A DNA stretch of 42,169 bases, taken from IMG/VR virus record IMGVR_UViG_3300048073_000007. The stretch is one strand, 5' to 3'. Numbering within the stretch: the first letter of the stretch is position 1; each line of letters opens with the position of its first letter. Under the pieces are notes generated by a model that searched no databases, had not been told where the DNA came from, and saw only the letters and a program-made list of their open reading frames with translations. The position numbers and the translations under genes were made by a program. Below are positions 1-6,032 of the stretch, in pieces. Origin of the DNA: a virus.

Positions 1-98
1 CTGCCGCCGAACAATTCGGCGAAGCGCTCACGTGCCTGTGAGCACGCGCCAACGCGCGCCAGGTCGGCGAGCGTGAGAATGCGGGAATTGGTGCTCAT
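1..98 (-). CDS. N-terminal fragment (32 codons, cut by window edge) of the 11-residue-repeat protein; same sequence as 42043..42140
   Basis: ATG at 98..96 preceded by AGAGGA. Translation MSTNSRILTLADLARVGACSQARERFAELFGG equals the N-terminus of ORF 41526..42140. Confidence 0.6.
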   Translation of the reverse strand, partial: MSTNSRILTLADLARVGACSQARERFAELFGG

Positions 99-127
99 CG
101 GTTCAATCCTCTTTGTGTGCGTCGCGC
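1..127. repeat. Terminal redundancy: 1..127 is identical to 42043..42169 and to an internal copy at 41328..41454
   Basis: Base-by-base comparison of the three stretches. Each contains the RBS and first 32 codons of the minus-strand repeat-protein gene. Confidence 0.9.
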
Positions 128-155
128 GGGATGTTGGCTGGGAGGACGATCACGG
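117..155. repeat. 39-bp copy of the ninB 5' end (= 41240..41278), lying between the ssb-like stop codon and the terminal repeat
   Basis: Exact match of gtgcgtcgcgcgggatgttggctgggaggacgatcacgg at both places. It overlaps the terminal repeat by the 11-nt microhomology GCGCGACGCAC (minus strand). Confidence 0.85.
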
Positions 156-419
156 CTAGAACGGAATTTCGTCATCGAACGGCGGGCGCGTATCCTCTTG
201 CGGCTTAACCTGATCGCGCTGATTATCGCGCCGCGCTTCTTTCGGCTTGACCGACAGGGACATATAAGTTTTCCCGCCCTTCGACTTCTTGATCCAGCCT
301 GAGAGGAAGCACGGGACGCCGTTCACCGTGATAGACCCTGTGTAGTCCGGGTGCTGGTCCGTTTCCTTGTTCTCGACGCGGAACAGGGCGCCCGATCCGT
401 CCTTCTGTTCGTAGCTCAT
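156..419 (-). CDS. Compact SSB-like protein (87 aa) ending in the canonical acidic SSB tail DDEIPF
   Basis: ORF ends ...[20 protein letters not shown] upstream of the ATG. Sits directly downstream of the annealase gene, the usual SSAP-SSB pairing. Confidence 0.7.
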   Translation of the reverse strand: MSYEQKDGSGALFRVENKETDQHPDYTGSITVNGVPCFLSGWIKKSKGGKTYMSLSVKPKEARRDNQRDQVKPQEDTRPPFDDEIPF

Positions 420-422
420 AAT

Positions 423-1046
423 TTACCTCGTTTGTCCAAGAAAAACCTTGATCGCGCTGCGCTGCTTTGAGTCCAGCAGCTTCCACGCTTCGCGGTACGT
501 GTCCGCGTCCTTGTTCGCCTCTGCGTGCAGCGCCCGGAGCCGCTCGCTCTTGCGCGCGTGCTGTTCTTCCTCTGTGGTGCCGGTTTCCTCCGCGTTGAGG
601 GCGGAAAGGAACTTGTCGGCTATCGCCTGAACCTGTGGCGATGCCCCTTCCGGCAAATCCTCCCCGGCGTACAGGTAGAGGCCGAGGCCGTGAAGGGCAA
701 TACCTTTGACCAGGCATCTCTGCATGGCGGTATTAACCTGAAATGCGTTGGGGTTTGGGATGGGGTTATTGCGGTGATCCATGACGGGCAATTGCGCGGT
801 CATCGCCTTGCCGAAGGCGGTAACGGTGCATGAGACCATCATCGTGTCGCCGTACATGATGGGCGTCCGGTACTCCCAGTTAGCGGCGGGGTCTAACTGC
901 AGGAGCTGGTCAACTGCGTAGGCCCATGACAGGTAGGAAAAGCCATTCTTCTTCTCTACCTTCTCGTTCACGTTCACCGCGCGGAGGCGGGCAAAAGCAT
1001 TCGGTTCCATAAGCGTCTCTCCCGATAGATTCAAGCCATTCTGCAT
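423..1046 (-). CDS. Single-strand annealing protein, Sak/Rad52-like (DUF1071-type)
   Basis: Motifs FSYLSWAYAVDQL and GLGLYLYAGEDLP are typical of the Sak/Rad52-like phage annealase family. Confidence 0.75.
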   Translation of the reverse strand: MQNGLNLSGETLMEPNAFARLRAVNVNEKVEKKNGFSYLSWAYAVDQLLQLDPAANWEYRTPIMYGDTMMVSCTVTAFGKAMTAQLPVMDHRNNPIPNPNAFQVNTAMQRCLVKGIALHGLGLYLYAGEDLPEGASPQVQAIADKFLSALNAEETGTTEEEQHARKSERLRALHAEANKDADTYREAWKLLDSKQRSAIKVFLGQTR

Positions 1047-1107
1047 GTTGCGGGTCTGCGTCGAGCAACTCGCGCAATTCCTCGTCCGGCGGCTGGTCGT
1101 CGCTCAT
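910..1107 (-). CDS. Possible small acidic protein (65 aa); the only ORF covering the 57-nt gap 1047..1103, but most of it overlaps the annealase gene out of frame
   Basis: ATG overlaps the upstream stop (ATGA). N-terminus is MSDDQPPDEELRELLDADPQ. The long overlap and high-GC context make it doubtful. Confidence 0.25.
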   Translation of the reverse strand: MSDDQPPDEELRELLDADPQHAEWLESIGRDAYGTECFCPPPRGEREREGREEEWLFLPVMGLRS

Positions 1108-2141
1108 TTTACCTCCACCAGTTTACCCCCCTGCGCTTTGTACCATGTGTCTGCCTTAATCCGGCCTTTGCCGACACATCCTGTCGCAAACCCGACGCAC
1201 TTACCGTTTTTGTCAAACTCGGCGAGCGATATCCACGTTCCAGCCGCACCCTTAGCCTTGGCGCTGCGCGAACTTGAGGCGATCACGGAATCATTACCCG
1301 ACGCTGCGAGCTGGGCGTAGTGTCCCGACGCTGCGAGCTTGGCGGAGTCTCCCGACGCTGCGAGCTTGGCGGAGTGTCCCGACGCTGCGAGCTGGGCGGA
1401 GTCTCCCGACGCTGCGAGCTGGGCGTAGCCTCCCGACGCTGCGAGCTTGGCGTAGTCTCCCGACGCTGCGAGCTTGGCGTAGTCTCCCGACGCTGCGAGC
1501 TTGGCGTAGTCTCCCGACGCTGCGAGCTTGGCGGAGTGTCCCGACGCTGCGAGCTTGGCGTAGTCTCCCGACGCTGCGAGCTTGGCGGAGTGTCCCGACG
1601 CTGCGAGCTTGGCGGAGTCTCCCGACGCTGCGAGCTGGGCGTAGTGTCCCGACGCTGCGAGCTGGGCGTAGCCTCCCGACGCTGCGAGCTGGGCGGAGTC
1701 TCCCGGCGCTGCGAGCTTGGCGGAGTGTCCCGACGCTGCGAGCTGGGCGGAGTCTCCCGACGCTGCGAGCTTGGCAGCGTGTCCCGACGCTGCGAGCTGG
1801 GCGGAGTCCGCTTTGTCTTTCTGCTTCTTTGAGCATGCATCCCAGACAAACCGAATAGCCGCAGCGATAAACTCCGGCAGCGTCAATTCGGCCTTGATGC
1901 TGATAGATGAGGATGCAACCTTCGAGTCCTCATCGTGCTTGACAATCGTTCCGCCTACTTCAACTTCGGCGATCTTGCATGTCGTTAGGTCGTAGTAATC
2001 GAGCACGTCTAGCGGATTCTCGCACGCATGAAATCCAGACTTGCATATCACAGCATCGCCGTTGTACGTATACGTCTCGCCGACCTCGTACTGCATGTCT
2101 CGGCATTTCCAGTCCGGTCCAAACGCTTTGTATGCTTTCAC
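1104..2141 (-). CDS. DUF7666-like N-terminal domain followed by 19 nonapeptide repeats [S/Y]A[Q/K]LAASG[D/H/G]
   Basis: Start refined to GTG 2141: GAGGAG RBS 6 nt upstream and a GTGA overlap with the upstream stop. The N-terminus KAYKAFGPDWKCRDMQYEVGETY...GFHACENPLDVLDYY matches a family widespread in phages. Confidence 0.8.
   Translation of the reverse strand: MKAYKAFGPDWKCRDMQYEVGETYTYNGDAVICKSGFHACENPLDVLDYYDLTTCKIAEVEVGGTIVKHDEDSKVASSSISIKAELTLPEFIAAAIRFVWDACSKKQKDKADSAQLAASGHAAKLAASGDSAQLAASGHSAKLAAPGDSAQLAASGGYAQLAASGHYAQLAASGDSAKLAASGHSAKLAASGDYAKLAASGHSAKLAASGDYAKLAASGDYAKLAASGDYAKLAASGGYAQLAASGDSAQLAASGHSAKLAASGDSAKLAASGHYAQLAASGNDSVIASSSRSAKAKGAAGTWISLAEFDKNGKCVGFATGCVGKGRIKADTWYKAQGGKLVEVK
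1293..1805 (-). repeat. 27-bp tandem repeat x19, in frame
   Basis: Coding-strand unit is GG(A) [C/G]AC T[A/C]C GCC [C/A]AG CTC GCA GCG TCG. Variation is confined to three codons. Confidence 0.95.
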
Positions 2142-2464
2142 GTCGCGCTCCTCAGGTACGGAGGAATGGTATCGAAGCACCCAAGCGCCTTTTCCTGCCG
2201 CCGCGTCACCTCGGCCGTGATGAGGGCCGCCTTCTCGGCGTAGCGCCGTTCAAGGCTACGCGCCTGCATGGCGAGGGTGCGCAGTTCGTTGGTGTCGGTA
2301 CGCGCGAAGTCGTGCACGCCGATAGCCAGTATACGTTTGGTGTAGTGCTCGTCGCGGATCTGCTCCATGTTGGCGAGCGCGTGATTGATGGTGTCCTCGG
2401 TTTCCATGTCCGCCATTTCCTTATAGAAGGCGCCCATGGTGTTGGTCAGGATCTTGTCAGTCAT
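2138..2464 (-). CDS. Hypothetical early protein (108 aa)
   Basis: ATG 2464 lies 8-9 nt after GGGAG. Its stop overlaps the next start (GTGA). The longer form starting at 2536 was rejected. Confidence 0.6.
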   Translation of the reverse strand: MTDKILTNTMGAFYKEMADMETEDTINHALANMEQIRDEHYTKRILAIGVHDFARTDTNELRTLAMQARSLERRYAEKAALITAEVTRRQEKALGCFDTIPPYLRSAT

Positions 2465-2666
2465 TGTCATACTCCCGGATGTGTGATTCGAAGTCGTCGC
2501 GGTGGAGGGCGAGCTTGTTAACGGACATTTCGGCATTCTGGACGTGCTCGCCGGTCTGAACCTCGAGGTTCTGGCTGTCGCGGACGGCCAGGTTGCGCAT
2601 GTGGCGCCGCTCGGTTTCCTCGCGGGTGAACATGCGGCGTATCATGTCGATAGTGGAGCGCATCAT
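2457..2666 (-). CDS. Hypothetical early protein (69 aa)
   Basis: ATG overlaps the stop of the upstream micro-ORF (ATGA). Amino-acid composition is balanced. Confidence 0.55.
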   Translation of the reverse strand: MMRSTIDMIRRMFTREETERRHMRNLAVRDSQNLEVQTGEHVQNAEMSVNKLALHRDDFESHIREYDND

Positions 2667-2734
2667 GTGAAGAACTCCGCAAGGGTGTAGCCGGCGACGG
2701 CGCAGAATGAGAGGAAGCAGAGGAAGTCGAACAT
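2663..2734 (-). CDS. Micro-ORF, 23-aa very hydrophobic peptide MFDFLCFLSFCAVAGYTLAEFFT
   Basis: Start overlaps the upstream stop (TGATG) and stop overlaps the downstream start (ATGA). It exactly fills the gap between two genes. Confidence 0.45.
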   Translation of the reverse strand: MFDFLCFLSFCAVAGYTLAEFFT

Positions 2735-3000
2735 CAGATATCCTCCTCCGGTTCCACTGCGTCGCGCTCGTTGTGGGCGGTGTTCACGATACGGTCCAAG
2801 TCCTCGCGCTCGCTTTCCGGCAGAGAGTCGATATCGAGGGCGATGGTGTGATCCAGATACGTCCCGCCGAACGCGATGAAGTCGGCGGCGACCAGAGCCG
2901 TGGCCTTGCCGTCCGGCTCGTACTGGGCTTCGAGATCGCACTCGACGCCGAGCACGCGGGCGGTAACGCAGACGTGCAAGCAACCTGACAAGTGACGCAT
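2734..3000 (-). CDS. Hypothetical acidic protein (88 aa)
   Basis: GGAGG RBS 7 nt upstream of the ATG. C-terminus is rich in D/E. Confidence 0.6.
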   Translation of the reverse strand: MRHLSGCLHVCVTARVLGVECDLEAQYEPDGKATALVAADFIAFGGTYLDHTIALDIDSLPESEREDLDRIVNTAHNERDAVEPEEDI

Positions 3001-3003
3001 GAC

Positions 3004-3537
3004 TTAGCCTCCCACCACTCGCAGGAACTCTGCACGTTGAGCGTCCCTCGCAGCGGCCCACGCAGCGTCCCACGCAGCGTCCCTCGCAGCGTCCCTCGCA
3101 GCGGCCCACGCAGCGGCCCTCGCAGCGTCCCACGCAGCGGCCCACGCAGCGGCCCTCGCAGCGTCCCACGCAGCGGCCCACGCAGCGGCCCACGCAGTGT
3201 CCCACGCAGCGACCCTCGCAGCGGCCAATTCTGCATCTGTCGCCTGCCCGTTGGCATGCCGTTCTGCAATATCTAGCGTCGCGATGCTGCGCGCATCGGT
3301 CATCAGGTGCTGTATCTGCCGCGCGCACCAGACAGCGAACAGGCGCCATTTGCGAACGTGCTGCGGCTCGGCGCGGCATGCCCACAGTGCGTCATCAATA
3401 CCGTTCGATGCGACGATCGTGGCGTAAGGCAGCGGATCGTCGTCGGCCATGGTCTTGCCGAGATACGTGAGCAGTTTCGCCCAGCCCTCGGCGCAAGGAT
3501 CGTGAGCACGGATGCGGTTAAGCGTGGTCGTAATCAT
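3004..3537 (-). CDS. First gene of the leftward operon: globular N-domain (about 100 aa, motif DPCAEGW...ALWACR) plus 16 tetrapeptide repeats AAW[A/D]/AAR[A/D]
   Basis: GGGAG RBS, with the PL-like promoter directly upstream. Ala/Trp/Arg repeat with strict 4-residue period. Confidence 0.8.
   Translation of the reverse strand: MITTTLNRIRAHDPCAEGWAKLLTYLGKTMADDDPLPYATIVASNGIDDALWACRAEPQHVRKWRLFAVWCARQIQHLMTDARSIATLDIAERHANGQATDAELAAARVAAWDTAWAAAWAAAWDAARAAAWAAAWDAARAAAWAAARDAARDAAWDAAWAAARDAQRAEFLRVVGG
3034..3225 (-). repeat. 12-bp tandem repeat x16, in frame
   Basis: Plus-strand unit is cgcagcg[g/t]ccc[a/t]. Confidence 0.9.
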
Positions 3538-3650
3538 GTTTATCTCCCGGTAACGTGAGACGGACTGTAAACCACCACGGGGCGGTTGTCAACACCTATC
3601 CTCAGTAACGTTGCGTTGCTGTTTATGGTGTGACGTGGTAAACGGTGCGT
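3538..3650. promoter_or_regulatory. Divergent early control region. Leftward promoter TTGACA-17-TACAGT (minus strand; -35 at 3592..3587, -10 at 3569..3564). The rightward promoter is not clearly identifiable.
   Basis: Perfect -35, 17-nt spacer, -10 with T1/A2/T6. Repeated motifs: GTAACGT (3551, 3605) and GTTTA..TAAAC inverted pairs (3538/3568, 3621/3639). Confidence 0.55.
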
Positions 3651-3926
3651 ATGGACACGTCAAATCCGTTTGACCTGGCGGTAAACAGGGTCGGGGGGCG
3701 GCGCGCGCTGGCGGCCGCTATGGGAGTCAGTGTGCAGGCGCTGGTGCGGTGGCGGCGCAGGATACCTGTCGAGAGAGTTATCGCCTTGGAGGGGCTCTCA
3801 GGCATTCCTAGGGCCGTTCTCAGGCCGGACATCTATGGAAGCGGGAGCCCTGCGAACGGGTGCGCTAGCCCGCTCGAGGACTCCGGCTCCACGCCCGGAA
3901 CGTCGCCGGATCAGGCGGCAGTGTAA
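3651..3926 (+). CDS. Cro/YdaS-like HTH DNA-binding protein
   Basis: GGRRALAAAMGVSVQALVRWRRRIPVERVIALEGLSGIPRAVLRPDIY matches the YdaS/Cro-type HTH pattern. Alternative GTG start at 3645. Confidence 0.8.
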   Translation: MDTSNPFDLAVNRVGGRRALAAAMGVSVQALVRWRRRIPVERVIALEGLSGIPRAVLRPDIYGSGSPANGCASPLEDSGSTPGTSPDQAAV

Positions 3927-3961
3927 CCTAGCGTTGTCAATACCGCAAGTGGTATGTGCTT

Positions 3962-4096
3962 ATGGCTAAAGTGCAGTTGACCACATGGGGCCGCATCAAG
4001 ATCGAAGCGGCGTATTGGGCCGTGTTTACGGTGGTACTGCTCGCGCTGGGGACATGCGTTGAAGTAGCGCTTGCGTTCTTGCGAGGACCGGAGTAG
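3962..4096 (+). CDS. Possible 44-aa single-pass membrane peptide
   Basis: MAKVQLTTWGRIKIEAAYWAVFTVVLLALGTCVEVALAFLRGPE. No clear RBS. Followed by a strong hairpin. Confidence 0.35.
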   Translation: MAKVQLTTWGRIKIEAAYWAVFTVVLLALGTCVEVALAFLRGPE

Positions 4097-4107
4097 AACA
4101 CAGGACA

Positions 4108-4131
4108 GCCCGGAGGTTAGCTCCTCCGGGC
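4108..4131 (+). other. GC-rich hairpin (9-bp stem GCCCGGAGG/CCTCCGGGC, 6-nt loop) without a U-tract
   Basis: Read directly from the sequence. The lack of a T-run argues against a simple intrinsic terminator. Confidence 0.6.
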
Positions 4132-4467
4132 GCCTGCTCTGCATAGGCAGACAGGGTGGTGGAAAGGACACCGATGCCCTGGTACGGGAAACTGTACCAA
4201 CGACGCCATCGCAAAGTCAATCCCATCGCAAGCTGGCCTTGGCATGCCTAATCTGCCACGTATCAGGGGGATGCCACCTGTTGCAGTACGTAAACTTAAG
4301 TGCAGCATGGACGAAAGGGTCGGGACGGCGGGCAGGTCAACTGTCGGCACCACTCTCACGGTATCGTTTTATCCTTTGGGGGTAAGGGGGTATCGTGGGT
4401 CGAACCACGGGCAGGTGGGTAAAGAGCAGACAAGAAAGCTCTAAGTGGAATCAATCCAGGAGGAATA
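4132..4467. other. ORF-free region rich in short direct repeats and hairpins; candidate origin or structured RNA leader
   Basis: CCATCGCAA x2 (4206, 4223), GGTATCGT x2 (4360, 4389), CGGGCAGGT x2 (4329, 4408), GGGGGTA x2 (about 4378, 4386), and hairpin GGTAC-N8-GTACC (4181..4198). Ends in the AGGAGG RBS of the next gene. Confidence 0.4.
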
Positions 4468-5010
4468 ATGGACTTAAACGAAGAAGCCTGGTTGCGCTGG
4501 AAGCAGTATCGCTCGGCTATCAAGAAGCCGATCAAGGAAGCATCGGAAGGGGCGATGAAGCTGGCTCTGATGCGACACGGCGACCACGAGACTCAGGCCA
4601 GGGTTGTTGACCAGAGCATAGCGAACCAGTGGCAAGGACTGTTCGAACTCAAGGCCAAGAAAGACGTAACGGATAAGTTCGCGCCACCGAAGCGGACGAA
4701 AGAGCAAGAGACTGCCTCGAATGCCGTTTTTGAGTCAGACAAGGCGCGAAGTGAAAAGCACTGGCGCGAATACGTTGCGGAGAAAGGCGGGCTTGGGGTA
4801 TTGCATGTGGCAGAGGCGTACCTGGCTCGAGCAGAGGTTACTCAGGACGCGCAACAAATAGTTGACACAAAGTCATGGTTATCTGATAAGGTATCCGTCG
4901 TGTTGTGGGAGTTAGCTGCTGCTGATGTTGCGAAGGACCTGCGTGCAATGCGCCTGGTCTGGCAGCTATTCGGTGAAGGCAAGGTTCGGGAGTTAGAGGC
5001 TACTGCGTGA
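4468..5010 (+). CDS. Hypothetical protein (180 aa)
   Basis: Strong RBS AGGAGG. The N-terminus AWLRWKQYR...SIANQWQGLF faintly resembles DnaT-like or replication-organiser helper proteins (weak). Confidence 0.7.
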   Translation: MDLNEEAWLRWKQYRSAIKKPIKEASEGAMKLALMRHGDHETQARVVDQSIANQWQGLFELKAKKDVTDKFAPPKRTKEQETASNAVFESDKARSEKHWREYVAEKGGLGVLHVAEAYLARAEVTQDAQQIVDTKSWLSDKVSVVLWELAAADVAKDLRAMRLVWQLFGEGKVRELEATA

Positions 5011-5210
5011 AGCACTGCGCGAAATGCGGACAGGACAAGCCGCGATCGTCCTTTCACCTTCGCTGGTCGCATCGTGAGGCGAGGTGTTACTACTGCAAGG
5101 ACTGCGCCCGTGCGGTGAATCGAGCGACAAGGCGTCGCCTGCGCGCTCAGCCGAGGGTGCGCGAGGCTGACACGGTATCAAGCGTATTCAGGGAGTGGGC
5201 GTGCAAATGA
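5007..5210 (+). CDS. Small zinc-ribbon protein (CxxC...CxxC)
   Basis: GTG start overlaps the upstream stop (GTGA). Motif CAKCGQDK...CKDC. Confidence 0.55.
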   Translation: MKHCAKCGQDKPRSSFHLRWSHREARCYYCKDCARAVNRATRRRLRAQPRVREADTVSSVFREWACK

Positions 5211-5512
5211 AAACGAAGATTATAGCGCAAACCGGCTGGGTGTGTCCTGTGTGCGGCCGAGGCAACGCGCCAACAACACCAACTTGTGCTTGCAAAGACA
5301 ATGTTGTTGTGGCCCCCGAACGAGATGGTCAGTGTTTTTGGCCTACGTCGTTTGCCGAACAGAATTTAAGCGGCAGTGACAACCACATCAGGCCAGAGGA
5401 TATAGCTGATTATTCATTCCCGCCGGGCCACATGCGGCGCTATACTAGAGTCGGGTGGGCGAAAGCATTGGCGCTAGGGATTGTAGGCTCGTCTACAATA
5501 GACAGGGTTTAG
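5207..5512 (+). CDS. Small Cys-rich protein (101 aa)
   Basis: ATGA overlap with the upstream stop. Motif CPVCGRGN...CAC. Confidence 0.55.
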   Translation: MKTKIIAQTGWVCPVCGRGNAPTTPTCACKDNVVVAPERDGQCFWPTSFAEQNLSGSDNHIRPEDIADYSFPPGHMRRYTRVGWAKALALGIVGSSTIDRV

Positions 5513-5514
5513 CC

Positions 5515-5949
5515 GTGGCTAGGGTACTAAGCGCAGAAAAGTGGGCGGAGCGGGTCGAGTGGCTCAAAGCCAACAAGCCCAAGGCATCGCTGATAGAACG
5601 CGCTGAGAAGGCGTATAACCGGCGCAAGGCGGAAGAAGCATGGATGGCCATCCGCCAGAAGGAAGCCGCAGAGAAGCGCCGTAAAAAGCTCAGGGAGCGC
5701 CTGGAGCGCAAGGCCCGCAAGGAGCATATCTATGTCTCCATCAAGACCAACGAGATCCCCGATCCTCCCTGCGTGCGCTTTGCCTGCCCGCACATCGAGT
5801 CCTGTGGCGCCAGGCTTATGGCGTGCGAGTCCTTCCACCACTACGTCAACGAGGGGCGGCTGATCCCGCCCGACCTGCTGGACGGTCCTACGGTGGAGCG
5901 GTACGCGGATATCTATACGCGGATATCTACTAGGGTGGATGACGCATGA
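5515..5949 (+). CDS. Hypothetical protein with a Lys/Arg/Glu-rich helical region and a Cys/His cluster
   Basis: GTG 3 nt after the upstream stop. The longer form from 5455 overlaps the previous gene. Confidence 0.55.
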   Translation: MARVLSAEKWAERVEWLKANKPKASLIERAEKAYNRRKAEEAWMAIRQKEAAEKRRKKLRERLERKARKEHIYVSIKTNEIPDPPCVRFACPHIESCGARLMACESFHHYVNEGRLIPPDLLDGPTVERYADIYTRISTRVDDA

Positions 5950-5960
5950 AACTAAAGGCT

Positions 5961-6017
5961 TTCCGGATTAACTTGTGGAAGTGGGCATGATGGCATATAG
6001 TCTAATTCCGGATAAAC
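5961..6017 (+). promoter_or_regulatory. Candidate internal promoter TTGTGG-17-TATAGT (5973..6001) bracketed by two direct repeats TTCCGGAT[T/A]AAC (5961..5972, 6006..6017)
   Basis: Read directly from the sequence. Each repeat contains the palindrome TCCGGA. The second repeat sits at the predicted transcription start, just before the methyltransferase gene. Confidence 0.45.
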
Positions 6018-6032
6018 GTGTGGAAACGCGCC

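Noticed and set aside
223-717. 164-aa minus-strand ORF overlapping the SSB-like and annealase genes
   Set aside because: It is out of frame with two motif-supported genes and is Arg/Gly-rich.
1293-1805. Could any of the tandem arrays be CRISPR arrays?
   Set aside because: The units are contiguous with no unique spacers. The periods (12-33 bp) are in frame inside ORFs, and there are no cas genes.
1274-1858. Five additional ORFs of 170-194 aa in other frames and on the plus strand across the 27-bp repeat (1274..1858, 1283..1849, 1294..1836, 1320..1832)
   Set aside because: A perfect 27-bp repeat without stop codons keeps every frame open. Only the frame continuous with the DUF7666-like N-domain and a proper RBS is credible.
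2663-3385. 240-aa minus-strand ORF, plus 2784..3269 and 2992..3276, across the 12-bp repeat
   Set aside because: These are out-of-frame readings of the repeat and neighbouring genes, rich in Arg/Cys/Gly. Only the last 23 codons of 2663..3385 are kept, as a separate micro-ORF.
4389-4412. tRNA-like T-arm (CGTGG-gtcgaa-CCACG)
   Set aside because: The loop is 6 nt rather than 7, there is no matching acceptor or anticodon arm around it, and no CCA context.
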